This document shows, one piece after another, positions 20,850-30,826 of a stretch of 39,426 bases of DNA. The DNA comes from an uncultured Gemmatimonadota bacterium. Lineage in GTDB: Bacteria > GCA-2686955. The translations under genes were made by a program, and so were the position numbers. Position 1 is the first letter of the stretch. Each line of letters begins with the position of its first letter. Location of the stretch: positions 1 through 39,426 of the forward strand of contig CAZBBK010000056.1 of NCBI GenBank assembly GCA_964490075.1, read 5' to 3'. A model generated the notes under the pieces. The model saw nothing but the letters and a program-made list of their open reading frames with translations, was not told the DNA's origin and searched no databases.

Positions 20850-22628
20850 TCAGTCCTGCTCGGCCGCCTCCTGGGCCTTCAGCAGCTCGATCACATCGGC
20901 GAACTGCTCGCGATTACGCTCGTCGAGCGACGCCAGCACCTCATGTGCCTGCAGGATCCGCTTGCGGGTCCGCGCGCGATCGCCCGCCGTCTGGCCGAGC
21001 TGCACCAGGCTGGCCGGAGGCGGCAGCACGCTCGGTCCCATGTGGCCTTGCACCCGTCCCATGCTGAGCTCGTCGAAGAGCCGCGCGATCTCCGGCGACA
21101 CTCCTTGTAGATGAAGGGGCACGCCTGCCGAGTCGGCGCGGGTGACCAGCTCGTGCATCGTGCCGAGGTAAGTGCTGTCCAGGTAGCGGCAGCTCTGCAG
21201 GTCGATCACCACGTCACGCCCGGCCTCGATCGCCGCCGCCGCCGCCTCGTGCAAGGGCTCGCACTGCGTCCAGGCGCCGCGCCCGCGCACGCTCAGGTAG
21301 AGCGTCTCGCCGACGGCTCCGACCAGCACGTCGCCGGCGCTCTCCTCGGCCGGCGCCTTGGCGCTGCCGCGCTTCAGGTTGTCGATCGTCGAATCGCCCG
21401 CGCGCGCCTCCAGCAGCACCGCGCTGATGTCGTCGTCGTTGGCCTCGTGACCGCGTGCCTCGGCCGCGGCGTGCGCCAGATCCTGCAGCGCCTTGCGCCC
21501 GTCGTCCCCGGTGTGCTCCAGCGCCTGGGCGATCCGCTCGACACCGAAGGAGCGTTCGCCGCGCCCGGTCTCGCACAGGCCGTCGGTGAACATCAACAGG
21601 CGGTCCCCCGCCTCGAGCCGGTAGCACAGCTCTCCGAACTCGGCCTCGGGCTCGATTCCCAGCGCCGGGCCGGTGTGCCGCAAGAGCTCGCGCGAGCCCC
21701 CCGGTCGGCTCAGCACCACCGGCGGATGCCCCGCCGATGCCAGGCGCAGCTCTCCGGACGCCACGTCCAAAAGCCCGTAGACCGCTGTCACGAAAAGCCC
21801 TTGCGAGCCACATTCGTCGAGCAGCGCGCGATTGATCGAACCCATCACCTGAGCCGGTGAGGCCGGCTCGCCGGTCGTCTCGTCGAGCGGCTTGAGACGC
21901 TGGTTGAAGAGCACCGAGAGCAGCGCCGCGCTGACGCCGTGACCGGCCGCGTCGGCCACATAGATCGCCACCCGATGCCGCCCCAGGGGGATCAGGTCGT
22001 AGTGATCGCCGCCGACCAACTGGCTGGGTTGGTAGAAAGTGTGGACCTGGAACCCGTTCATCGGCGGCGCCTGGCGCGGCAGCAGGGCGCGCTGAATCCC
22101 TTCGGCGCGCAGCAGATCGGTCTGAATCCGCTCCGCCTGCCGGTAGAGCATTCCGCTCAGCCGTTCGAGCTGCTCGACCTTCCGCCGCAGCTCCACGTTG
22201 CTCTCCCCGAGCTCGTTGTGCAGCCGTTCGCGCTCCCGCACCAGGGTGCGGCGCTCCACCGCGTTGCGGATGGTGACTCGCAACGAGTCGGCGGACAGCG
22301 GCTTGGAGAGGAACTGAAAGGCACCGAGCTCGACCGCGTCGACCGCGGCATCGAAATGCTCGACCGCCGAGAGAATCACCCAGACCGGATCGGGACATTC
22401 GGTGCGCGCCCAACGCATCAGCTCGAGACCGCTCAGACGCGGCATCCTGAGATCGGTGAGCACCACGTCGACCGGTCGCTGGGCCAGAATCTCCTGAGCC
22501 GCGACGCCGTCCTCGGCCTCCAGCACCAGGTATCCCGACATGCCGAGGGCGCGCGCCGCGAAGAGCCGGATGATCTCCTCGTCGTCGACCACCAATACGA
22601 CCGGGTTGTCGTTCTGATCGCCGCCCAT
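20850..22628 (-). CDS. Response regulator-PP2C (SpoIIE) phosphatase-STAS fusion (RssB-RssC-like)
   Basis: REC: VVDDEE, VLTDLRMP, LSKP; coiled coil; PP2C: GGDHY, VADAAGHG, SAGHPP, FTDGL, DDIS; STAS: VIDLQSCRYLDSTYLG plus C-terminal ILQAHEVLASLDERNREQF; GAGG RBS before ATG 22628. Confidence 0.9.
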   Translation of the reverse strand: MGGDQNDNPVVLVVDDEEIIRLFAARALGMSGYLVLEAEDGVAAQEILAQRPVDVVLTDLRMPRLSGLELMRWARTECPDPVWVILSAVEHFDAAVDAVELGAFQFLSKPLSADSLRVTIRNAVERRTLVRERERLHNELGESNVELRRKVEQLERLSGMLYRQAERIQTDLLRAEGIQRALLPRQAPPMNGFQVHTFYQPSQLVGGDHYDLIPLGRHRVAIYVADAAGHGVSAALLSVLFNQRLKPLDETTGEPASPAQVMGSINRALLDECGSQGLFVTAVYGLLDVASGELRLASAGHPPVVLSRPGGSRELLRHTGPALGIEPEAEFGELCYRLEAGDRLLMFTDGLCETGRGERSFGVERIAQALEHTGDDGRKALQDLAHAAAEARGHEANDDDISAVLLEARAGDSTIDNLKRGSAKAPAEESAGDVLVGAVGETLYLSVRGRGAWTQCEPLHEAAAAAIEAGRDVVIDLQSCRYLDSTYLGTMHELVTRADSAGVPLHLQGVSPEIARLFDELSMGRVQGHMGPSVLPPPASLVQLGQTAGDRARTRKRILQAHEVLASLDERNREQFADVIELLKAQEAAEQD

Positions 22629-22769
22629 GGATCCTCGCCGTCGGGCGCTCGCGACGCCCGCTGCTGCTGGGAGCGCCGTCCCCCGGATGGTTCGGCCTGG
22701 CGCCCCGTCCTGGGCACTATAAGCCTCCGTTGGCGGCCGGACCAACACCGAAGCCTCGCCAGGGACTGA

Positions 22770-24896
22770 CTACTCGAGAATCCCCTCCTGCTGCAGCAAG
22801 AAGGCGAACTCCAGGGCCACCTCCCTGTACCGCTCGAAGCGCCCCGACGCACCGCCGTGTCCGGCCTTCATCTGGGTGAAGAGCACCAGCGGATTGCTGT
22901 CGGTCTTCAGGTCGCGCAGCTTTGCCACCCACTTGGCCGGTTCCCAGTACTGCACCTGCGAGTCGTGCAGACCGGTCGTGACCAGCAGCGCCGGATAGTC
23001 CTTGGCCTCGACGTTGTCGTAGGGCGAGTAGGAGAGCATGTAGTCGTAGTAGGTCTTGTCGTTGGGATCGCCCCACTCGTCGTACTCCGCCGTGGTCAGC
23101 GGGATCGAGTCGTCGAGCATGGTCGTGACCACGTCGACGAAGGGCACCGCGGCGCAGGCGCCGGCGAAGAGGTCGGGCCGCAGATTGATCGCCGCTCCTA
23201 CGAGCAAGCCGCCGGCGCTGCCGCCGGTGGCATAGAGCTTGTCGCGGGCCGCGATCCCCTCTTCGATCAGCTTCTCGCCGCAGGCGATGAAATCGGTGAA
23301 TGTGTTCTTCTTGTGAAGCAGCTTGCCCTCTTCGTACCAGCGGCGCCCGAACTCCTCGCCGCCGCGGATGTGGGCGATCGCGTAGACGAATCCGCGGTCG
23401 AGCAGACTCAGGCGCGCCGATCCGAAGTCGGGATCGATGCTGTAGCCGTAGGAACCGTATCCGTGAAGCACCACCGGCCGCGTGCCGTCGTGCTCGGCTC
23501 CGCGCTGATAGACCAGCGAGATCGGCACCTCGGTGCCGTCGCCCGCCCGCGCCGTCACGCGCTCGCAACAGTAGTCGGTCGGATCGTAGCCCCCGAGCAC
23601 CTCCTCCTGCTTCTTCAGCTCGCGCTCTCGAGTATTCATGTCGTAGTCGTAAGTCGACCAGGGCGTGATCATCGAGGTGTAGGCGAAGCGCAACACGGTG
23701 GTATCGAACTCGCGATTGACCGTCGTATAGGCCGCGTAGGTCGGCTCCGGGAACTCCACGCAATGATCATCGCTACCGTCGTGGCGCCGCACTCGCAGGC
23801 GGGTCAAACCCTCGGCCCGTTCGCTCAACACCAAGTGTTCGTTGAAGACGTCGAGATCCTCTAGCAACACATCGGATCGGTGCGGCAGTATCTCTTCCCA
23901 GTGCTCGATTCCCGGCCGGGCGACCGGTGCGCGCATCAGCCGGAAGTTCTTGGCGTCGAGATTGGTGCGAATGTAGAGGTGATCTCCAAAATGTGATGCG
24001 TAGTACTCGAGCTCACGGCGGCGCGGCTGGATCACTCGGAACTCGCCGAGCGGGTCGGCAGCGTCGAGAAAACGCATCTCGGTGGTCAAGGTGCTGGCGC
24101 TCAGGATCATGATGTAGTCGAGCGATTTCGACTGGTAGACCCAGCACATGAAGGTGGCGTCGTCTTCGCGGAAGACCTCCACGTCCTGCTCGGCCGGGGT
24201 GCCGACCACGTGGCGCATGATGCGGAAGGGGCGCAGGGTCTGGGGGTCGTTCTCGGTGTAGAAGAAGGTCTTGCCGTCTTCGGCCCAGGCAACGGTGCCG
24301 GAGGTGTTGGGGATCTGGTCGGCGAGCAGCTCGCCCGTTTCCAGCGACTTCAGGCGCAGCGTGTACTGGCGGCGGCTCACGGAATCGAGCCCGAATGTCA
24401 GGAGGCGGTCGTCGGGGCTCACCGCCAAACCGTGCACGTCGCAGTAGTCGAGCCCCTCGGCGATGCGATTCACGTCGAGCAGCACCTGTTCGGGTCCGTC
24501 CATCGAGCCCGGCTTACGACAGTGGATCGGATACTCCTGCTCGCCTTCGGTGCGCAGGTAGTAGAAATGGCCGCGGAAGCGGAAGGGCACCGAGCGATCG
24601 GTCTTCTTGATGCGCGCGACGATCTCGTCGTAGAGAGCGCTCTTGAGCTCCGCGACCGGTGCCATGATCTCCTCGGTATGGCGGTTCTCGGCCTCGAGAT
24701 AGGCCTCGACGTCGGGATCGTCGCGATCCCGCATCCAGTGGTAGGGATCGACGCGCATATGACCGTGCTCGGTGACCTGGTGGGGGATCTTCTTGGCGAT
24801 TGGGGGCATGGATCTGTCCGGAACGGGATCTGGGGCAGCGGGGCCCGCGGAAAGCGCAAAGCAGAGGGCGCAGGATGCGGCCAAGAGCACTTTCAT
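22770..24896 (-). CDS. ptrB: Oligopeptidase B (S9A serine peptidase) with signal peptide
   Basis: [28 protein letters not shown] (Ser), GLHDSQV (Asp), AGHGG (His); N-terminus [17 protein letters not shown]. Confidence 0.93.
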   Translation of the reverse strand: MKVLLAASCALCFALSAGPAAPDPVPDRSMPPIAKKIPHQVTEHGHMRVDPYHWMRDRDDPDVEAYLEAENRHTEEIMAPVAELKSALYDEIVARIKKTDRSVPFRFRGHFYYLRTEGEQEYPIHCRKPGSMDGPEQVLLDVNRIAEGLDYCDVHGLAVSPDDRLLTFGLDSVSRRQYTLRLKSLETGELLADQIPNTSGTVAWAEDGKTFFYTENDPQTLRPFRIMRHVVGTPAEQDVEVFREDDATFMCWVYQSKSLDYIMILSASTLTTEMRFLDAADPLGEFRVIQPRRRELEYYASHFGDHLYIRTNLDAKNFRLMRAPVARPGIEHWEEILPHRSDVLLEDLDVFNEHLVLSERAEGLTRLRVRRHDGSDDHCVEFPEPTYAAYTTVNREFDTTVLRFAYTSMITPWSTYDYDMNTRERELKKQEEVLGGYDPTDYCCERVTARAGDGTEVPISLVYQRGAEHDGTRPVVLHGYGSYGYSIDPDFGSARLSLLDRGFVYAIAHIRGGEEFGRRWYEEGKLLHKKNTFTDFIACGEKLIEEGIAARDKLYATGGSAGGLLVGAAINLRPDLFAGACAAVPFVDVVTTMLDDSIPLTTAEYDEWGDPNDKTYYDYMLSYSPYDNVEAKDYPALLVTTGLHDSQVQYWEPAKWVAKLRDLKTDSNPLVLFTQMKAGHGGASGRFERYREVALEFAFLLQQEGILE

Positions 24897-24965
24897 TCTG
24901 TGGCGATTCGCGGGACCATGACCATTGTGTGCGCCAACCGGGGCGCTCAAGCGCGGAGGATCATA

Positions 24966-25490
24966 GTGGATCTCGAGGTCGTCCAGGGCGATATCACCAC
25001 TCTCGCGGTCGACGCCATCGTCAACGCCGCCAACCAGTCGCTGCTCGGTGGCGGCGGCGTCGATGGCGCCATCCATCGCGCCGCCGGGCCCGAGCTGCTG
25101 GCGGAATGCCGCGGAATCGGCGGCTGTCCGACCGGCCAGGCGCGCATCACCGGCGGCCACCGGCTGGCGGCCCACTGGGTGATCCACACCGTCGGCCCGG
25201 TCTACCGCGGCGGTGCCGCTGGCGAGGCCGAGCTGCTGGCCTCGTGCTACCGCGAGAGTCTGGCGCTGGCGGCGGCCCACGAGATCCGCAGCATCGCCTT
25301 CCCCTGCATCAGCACCGGGGTCTACGGCTACCCGCCCGACGAGGCGGCGCGGATCGCGATCGACGAGATCTCGACCTTTCTGGCGGGTGGCACCAGCGTG
25401 CGCGCGGCGACCATCGTCTGCTTTGACGCCACGAGTCTGAGGATCAACCGCGAGCTGCTCCACAGCCTTGGATTCCGCGGCGACGAGTAG
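24966..25490 (+). CDS. ymdB: Macrodomain O-acetyl-ADP-ribose deacetylase / ADP-ribosyl hydrolase
   Basis: [52 protein letters not shown] before GTG 24966. Confidence 0.92.
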   Translation: MDLEVVQGDITTLAVDAIVNAANQSLLGGGGVDGAIHRAAGPELLAECRGIGGCPTGQARITGGHRLAAHWVIHTVGPVYRGGAAGEAELLASCYRESLALAAAHEIRSIAFPCISTGVYGYPPDEAARIAIDEISTFLAGGTSVRAATIVCFDATSLRINRELLHSLGFRGDE

Positions 25491-25634
25491 CGGGCAGCCG
25501 GCTTGCAGGCTTCTTCACGTTCCGGGTGCGGACCGCGGACCAGACCATGACCACGCCCTTGGCCACAAGTCTCGGATCCAGCACGCCAACGCGGTCTGCG
25601 CCGAACCTCCATGCAACGTTGGGGGTGCTTCAGA

Positions 25635-27011
25635 TCATTCGACGAAGTACCCCGCTCCCCACGCTCCCGATAGGAACCCCAACCCCAACAACGCCGCGCC
25701 CCGCAAGTGGCCGAAGCCACGCCGCCCCTGGAAGGGCAACGCCAGGTAGATGTAGACCGGAAACGAGACGCTGAGGAATCTCGCCACACAACGGCTGCCG
25801 CCGCTGAACGAGATGATGAACTGCGCGGCGAGAAACACCAGGTAGGGTGATGGGATCTGGCGGCGGCGGATCACACCGTAGGCCAGGCAAGCCAGCGCAA
25901 CGATGGTCGCCAGCGCTTCCAGAGTGGCCCCCACCTGGTGAATCCCCCCACGCACGCGGAACACCCTGCCGGTCAACAGGTCGGCGAAGGGCGCGATGAT
26001 CTCCGGACGCCATTTGCTTTGCTCATGGAGAAATGCGAGGGGATCGCCACTGATCAACTGACAGATACCCATGTGCAGCGCGGTGCCGGCCAGCACCGCG
26101 ACGATCGGCAGCGCATCCCGGTCCAGCCTTCGGAGCTCGAAGTTCCGCTTCCACAAGTATATCCAGCCGAGCTGTACGACGAGAACCACACCCACCGGGC
26201 GCGTGAAAGCGGCGATGGCGCCGAGCAACGCGGCCCATCGGAATCTGTCTCCCATCGCCAGCGTGAATGCCCCCAGCACCAGCGCCAGGTACATACTTTC
26301 GCTCAGAGCCGACGAGAAGTAGAAGCTCAGAGGTGATGCGCAGAATAGACTTGCGACGTTTCGGCCGAGGGTTCTTCCACCAAGCGACCGACCCAGCGAA
26401 TAGAGCAAGAGCGCGGACGCGAAGAAGGCGATGTGCGAGATGGCGATGGCCGCCACATCGATGTCGCCACCGACGACGACGCTCAGGGCTCGTGTCGCCA
26501 AGGGGTAGCCCGGGAAAAAGGTCAGATCGGCTATCCGCGGATAGCCGCCCTCGGCAATCTGGAGATAGAATATGGAGTCCCACTGGATCACACACTCGGT
26601 CAACCGGCCGGGAAGTGTTATCTGTGAGAGGTCCTTTGCGTTGTAGTCGGGTGGAACAAAAGTGTAGCTGCCGGCGAGGGCAAGAGCGAGAACCGCCAGC
26701 CGCGAAAGCAGGAACCAGGCCCCGACCTGCTCTAGGTCGCGCTCTGGAATCGAAGGCGCCAGCAGACGCGTGATGTGTCGGCGGCCGAGCCGCCAGGCGA
26801 TCCAGACGATGGCGATCAAGCGCAGCGTGTGCAGGCAGTCGGCGACGGCCTCGAGAGTCGAGGGCCGCAGTTGGCCGTCGGCGCTGAAGCGCATCGCTAC
26901 GCTCGATGCCGGGATCAGCGAGATCAGGAGCAGAAGCAGGGGTGCGTAGCGCCACCCGGACAAGCGGCCGATGAGGCGCCGCACGCTGCTACCAGAGCTG
27001 TCGGAGGTCAT
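25635..27011 (-). CDS. GT-C membrane glycosyltransferase, PIG-V-like mannosyltransferase family
   Basis: QWDSIFYLQIAEGGY, TFFPGYPL, SESMY, TRPVG, GDPLAF...Q.KW, ARF...FP; multiple TM helices. Confidence 0.85.
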   Translation of the reverse strand: MTSDSSGSSVRRLIGRLSGWRYAPLLLLLISLIPASSVAMRFSADGQLRPSTLEAVADCLHTLRLIAIVWIAWRLGRRHITRLLAPSIPERDLEQVGAWFLLSRLAVLALALAGSYTFVPPDYNAKDLSQITLPGRLTECVIQWDSIFYLQIAEGGYPRIADLTFFPGYPLATRALSVVVGGDIDVAAIAISHIAFFASALLLYSLGRSLGGRTLGRNVASLFCASPLSFYFSSALSESMYLALVLGAFTLAMGDRFRWAALLGAIAAFTRPVGVVLVVQLGWIYLWKRNFELRRLDRDALPIVAVLAGTALHMGICQLISGDPLAFLHEQSKWRPEIIAPFADLLTGRVFRVRGGIHQVGATLEALATIVALACLAYGVIRRRQIPSPYLVFLAAQFIISFSGGSRCVARFLSVSFPVYIYLALPFQGRRGFGHLRGAALLGLGFLSGAWGAGYFVE

Positions 27012-27131
27012 GGTGGATCGGCTTCCGTGGTCCGTTGATCGGCCGCCGACTTGCGGGCGACCCGGGAGTCGTTGGACGAGACTACTCGAAAGGCCCCGTC
27101 GTTGCTCCCCACCGCCGATCTCGACCCGGCT

Positions 27132-27809
27132 CTACCAGGGCACCTCCGCACCGCTGAAGTCGAAGAAGCGACCGTTCTGCGACGGCGAGAGGTCGTCGAT
27201 CACGCGCAACAGCCCGAGTGCACTCTCCTCCACCTTGGTCGGTGCCGCGGCGCCGCCCATATCTGTCTGCACCCAACCCGGGTGGAGGACGACACAAACC
27301 AGGCCCCGCGAGGCCAGGTCGATCGACAGGCTCTTGTTGACCATGTTCAGGGCAGCCTTGCTGGCGCGGTAGGCATAGGCGCCACCGGATCCGTTGTCAT
27401 CGATGCTGCCCAACTGGCTGGTGATACTCACAATTCGCTTGGCCTGCCCAGCCAGCAGGTTGGGCAACAGAGCTTGCGTCACCCGCAGAGGCCCCATGGT
27501 GTTGACCTGGAAGAAGGCCGCCATGGTCTCGACATCGAGACGCTCGAAAGAGACCCCGCCGACACCGATGCCGGCGTTGTTGATCAGCACATCCACCGGC
27601 GCGCCGTCCAAACGAGCGGCGAAGTCGGCAACGCTGGCGGGGTCGGCAACGTCCAGAGGCTCGATTCGAGCCCCGGTCGCCTGCAACGAAAGGGCCGCGC
27701 CCGGCTGTCGCGCGGTGGCGATCACCCGCTCGCCGCGAGCCCTCAGCTGGCGCGCCAGCTCCAGCCCGATCCCACGATTGGCCCCGGTGATGAGGTAGGT
27801 TTGGGTCAT
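27132..27809 (-). CDS. Short-chain dehydrogenase/reductase (CsgA-like)
   Basis: TGANRGIG, LINNAG, YRASK, LHPGWVQTDMGG. Confidence 0.92.
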   Translation of the reverse strand: MTQTYLITGANRGIGLELARQLRARGERVIATARQPGAALSLQATGARIEPLDVADPASVADFAARLDGAPVDVLINNAGIGVGGVSFERLDVETMAAFFQVNTMGPLRVTQALLPNLLAGQAKRIVSITSQLGSIDDNGSGGAYAYRASKAALNMVNKSLSIDLASRGLVCVVLHPGWVQTDMGGAAAPTKVEESALGLLRVIDDLSPSQNGRFFDFSGAEVPW

Positions 27810-27836
27810 GATCTCTTCCCGTGTGGGTGGTGGAGA

Positions 27837-28454
27837 TTACGCCAGGCACTCGTTCCAGGGCCGCAGGAAGCGGCGCAGCCGCGCCAGCGCTTCTTCCTCG
27901 ATCTTCATGGCGCCCTCGAACCTGTCGATGAAAGGGACTCGCTGGCGGAACCCGTCACCCGGCAGGGCGTAGGTGGCCCATTGCGCCACCCGCAGGTCAC
28001 AGATCGGGCGCTCCGAGCCGCGGATCTGCTCGTTCTTCTCCCCGATCTCTGATTCGAGCCACTCCAGAGATTCGCGGAAAGCCGCCACGGCAGCAGGATC
28101 GAGCTCTGAGCGCCGGCCGATGGTCCAGAGGAAGATCGGGAACCAGGGACGGGCCACCTTCTCATCCAACTCTCGCTGCCAGCTCTCGCACTCGCGGCGG
28201 GCAGGTCGCCCGCGCGGAAAAAGGCGTGGGGTATCCGGGTAGTTGGCGTCGAGGTAATGGAGAATCGCCTCGCTCTCCGGCAGCACGATGCCCCGGTCCT
28301 CGATGACGGGCGATCCATCCTGGCCGGTAATCTCGAGCAGAGCGCCGCGGTCGAAGGGGTCGACGGCGACGGTCTCGAACTCGATTCCCTTGAACCGCAG
28401 TGCCATGCGTACCTTGGTGTTGTTGGGAGAGGGGGAGAGCTCGTGGAATTTCAT
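27837..28454 (-). CDS. Glutathione S-transferase family protein
   Basis: SPNNTKVRMALRFKGIEF, PVIED, ESEAILHYLD N-terminal GST fold; GGAG RBS before ATG 28454. Confidence 0.85.
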   Translation of the reverse strand: MKFHELSPSPNNTKVRMALRFKGIEFETVAVDPFDRGALLEITGQDGSPVIEDRGIVLPESEAILHYLDANYPDTPRLFPRGRPARRECESWQRELDEKVARPWFPIFLWTIGRRSELDPAAVAAFRESLEWLESEIGEKNEQIRGSERPICDLRVAQWATYALPGDGFRQRVPFIDRFEGAMKIEEEALARLRRFLRPWNECLA

Positions 28455-28609
28455 GGATGTGGCTCCAGACCAGGGGCAGAGATCGAGACGAATCGGGTGA
28501 CAGATAATGGTAGGCCCCCTCGCCGGTCCGCGCAGAGGCCCATCCCCGGCGTCGTGTCGAAGGGGGCCATTGACAGACAACGCGCACGCCAGCGACGCCA
28601 TGGTCGGTG

Positions 28610-28618
28610 TGGTAGCTT
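28610..28618 (+). promoter_or_regulatory. Putative extended -10 promoter for the ClC gene
   Basis: TG-G-TAGCTT in the divergent intergenic region, upstream of the inverted-repeat element. Confidence 0.35.
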
Positions 28619-28639
28619 CGCGGTCCACCAGCGATCCCA

Positions 28640-28739
28640 AGGGTCGGCGAAGAAATAACTCCCGTGTTTGCATCCCATCTGCACCGTATTTCCGGCACAT
28701 CTGGGCGCAAACCCGGGGAGCTACTTCTTCGCCGACCCT
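28640..28739. mobile_element. MITE-like ~100-bp element with terminal inverted repeats
   Basis: Left AGGGTCGGCGAAGAAATAACTCCC, right GGGAGCTACTTCTTCGCCGACCCT: 15-bp perfect and ~37-bp imperfect inverted repeat; no transposase. Confidence 0.6.
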
Positions 28740-28764
28740 AATACCACGCCGCGACAGCTCAGAA

Positions 28765-30819
28765 ATGTCCACGCCTCTCCCGGCATCGTCCTCTCCGATG
28801 CGCACCCTCGCCCGCTGGGCCAGCTCGTCGGAGCACACCACAATGATGCTCCTGGCCCTGCTCATCGGCTCGCTGGGCGGGCTGGGGGCGGTGGCGTTTC
28901 GGGCGCTGATCGAGGCGGTGCAGCGGATCGGCTGGGGACCGGGAAGCTACAGCCTGGAGCTGGTCGCCGAGCATCCCTGGTGGTGGATCGTCTTGCTTCC
29001 GGCGGCCGGCGGGTTGATCGTCGGGCTCCTGGTCTACTTCGGGGCCCGCGAGGCCAAGGGGCACGGCGTTCCCGAAGTGATGGAGGCGGTGGCGATGCGC
29101 TCCGGCGTGATCCGGCCGCGCCTGGTGGTGATCAAGAGCCTGGCCTCGGCGATCTCGATCGGCAGCGGCGGCTCGGTGGGCCGCGAGGGGCCGATCGTGC
29201 AGATCGGCTCGGCGCTGGGCTCGACGCTCGGCCAGTGGTTCAAGATCCGCGGCGCGCGCCTGAAGACGCTGGTGGGCTGCGGCGCCGCCGCCGGGATCGC
29301 CGCCACCTTCAACGCACCGGTGGCCGGCGCCCTGTTCGCGGTCGAGGTGATTCTCGGCGATTTCGGCGTGTCGCAGTTCAGCCCGATCGTCATCTCGTCG
29401 GTGGTGGCGACGGTCATCTCGCGACACTTTCTGGGCGACTTCCCGGCCTTCATCGTTCCGCAGTACGAAATGCTCAGCGCCTGGGAGCTGATCTTTTACG
29501 CCGCCCTCGGTCTGGCGGCGGGCGTCGTCGGTCATGCCTTCGTGAAGATCCTCTACCGCTTCGAAGACGCCTTCGACGCGATACCGATTCGCCAAAACTG
29601 GATCCTGACGCCGCTCGGCGGACTGGCGGTCGGCGCCATGGCGCTGGCCTTCCCGCAGGTGCTGGGCGTCGGCTACGAGGCGATCGAGCAGGCCTTGCGC
29701 GGCGAGCTGATGCTGCAGATGCTGCTGGCGCTGATCTTCGTCAAGCTGCTGGCGACCAGCATCACCATCGGCTCGGGAGGGTCGGGGGGGGTGTTCGCGC
29801 CTTCCCTCTTCCTGGGATCGATGATCGGCGGACTGGTGGGGGTGCTGGCCCACGGCTACTTCCCCGAGCAGACGGCGGCCTCCGGGGCCTACGCACTGGT
29901 CGGCATGGGGGCCGTGGTCGCCGCCACGACCCGCGCCCCGATCACCGCGATCCTGATCATCTTCGAGCTCACCAGCGACTACAAACTGATCGTGCCGCTG
30001 ATGGAGAGCTGCATCTTGGCGACGATTCTGGCGGCTCACCTGAACAAGGAATCGATCTACACCATGAAGCTGGTGCGCCGCGGAATCGAGCTCTTCCGCG
30101 GTCACGAGCGCAGTGTGTTGCGCTCGATGCAGGTGGCGGAGGTGCTCGACAGCGACGTGGTCACGGTGCGCAACGAAGAGCCGCTCGGCAAGCTGCTCGA
30201 CCGGGTGACCGAGACCACCCGCGGCTTCTACTACGTGGTGGACGACGACCAGCGCCTCTACGGAATCATCTCGCTGGCCGATCTGCGCCGTTCGCTGCGC
30301 TCCTTCGACGCGCTCTCCGATCTGATCGTGGCCGGCGACCTGGTGCACGACGAGGTGCCATTCCTGACCCCGGAGCAAGATCTCGACTGCGTCATGAAGC
30401 TCTTCAGCGGCAAGCAGTGGGAAGAGCTGCCGGTGGTGGAGAGCGCCGGCGATCCGAAGCTGGTCGGCGGGTTGAGCCGCCGGCAGCTGATGGACGCCTA
30501 CAACCAGGAGCTGATGCGTCGCGACATGGCGGCCGGCCTGGGCGGCGGCGTGGCCGCGACCGAAACCGGCGACGTGATGCTCGGTGGCGGCTACCGGATG
30601 ATCGAGCTCGAGCTGCCGACCGAGTTCCAGGGCAAGAGCCTGCGCGAGATCGATCTACGCGCCCGTTTCTCCGCGCAGGTGCTGCTGATCCGCCGGCGGG
30701 ACGACGAAGGGCAGAGCGAAGAGATCGTGCCGGCACCCGACACCGAGCTGCGGCCCGGCGATCGCCTGGTGCTGATGGGAACGGAGCGCGAGCTGGGGCC
30801 GCTCAGGCGGTTGGGATAG
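28765..30819 (+). CDS. ClC-family chloride channel/H+ antiporter with CBS pair and TrkA_C domain
   Basis: GHGVPEV, GREGP, FNAPVAG, GGVFAP, SIYTMKL; CBS-like region; C-terminal GKSLREIDLR...VLLIRR...PDTELRPGDRLVLMG. Confidence 0.93.
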   Translation: MSTPLPASSSPMRTLARWASSSEHTTMMLLALLIGSLGGLGAVAFRALIEAVQRIGWGPGSYSLELVAEHPWWWIVLLPAAGGLIVGLLVYFGAREAKGHGVPEVMEAVAMRSGVIRPRLVVIKSLASAISIGSGGSVGREGPIVQIGSALGSTLGQWFKIRGARLKTLVGCGAAAGIAATFNAPVAGALFAVEVILGDFGVSQFSPIVISSVVATVISRHFLGDFPAFIVPQYEMLSAWELIFYAALGLAAGVVGHAFVKILYRFEDAFDAIPIRQNWILTPLGGLAVGAMALAFPQVLGVGYEAIEQALRGELMLQMLLALIFVKLLATSITIGSGGSGGVFAPSLFLGSMIGGLVGVLAHGYFPEQTAASGAYALVGMGAVVAATTRAPITAILIIFELTSDYKLIVPLMESCILATILAAHLNKESIYTMKLVRRGIELFRGHERSVLRSMQVAEVLDSDVVTVRNEEPLGKLLDRVTETTRGFYYVVDDDQRLYGIISLADLRRSLRSFDALSDLIVAGDLVHDEVPFLTPEQDLDCVMKLFSGKQWEELPVVESAGDPKLVGGLSRRQLMDAYNQELMRRDMAAGLGGGVAATETGDVMLGGGYRMIELELPTEFQGKSLREIDLRARFSAQVLLIRRRDDEGQSEEIVPAPDTELRPGDRLVLMGTERELGPLRRLG

Positions 30820-30826
30820 CCTCAGA

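Noticed and set aside
24897-25463. N-terminal extension of ptrB (and reciprocal extension of the macrodomain ORF from 24210)
   Set aside because: Each extension is the antisense of the other divergent gene; credible starts are at 24896 and 24966.
27132-27809. Myxobacterial C-signal gene csgA
   Set aside because: CsgA-like SDRs are widespread and nothing in the context supports a developmental role, so no symbol was assigned.
28455-28764. Fluoride riboswitch upstream of ClC, and TTGACA at 28570-28575 as a -35 box
   Set aside because: No GATGG...CTGATG fluoride-riboswitch core is visible, the protein lacks CLC-F motifs (GNNLI/GREGT), and no -10 hexamer lies 16-18 nt after TTGACA.
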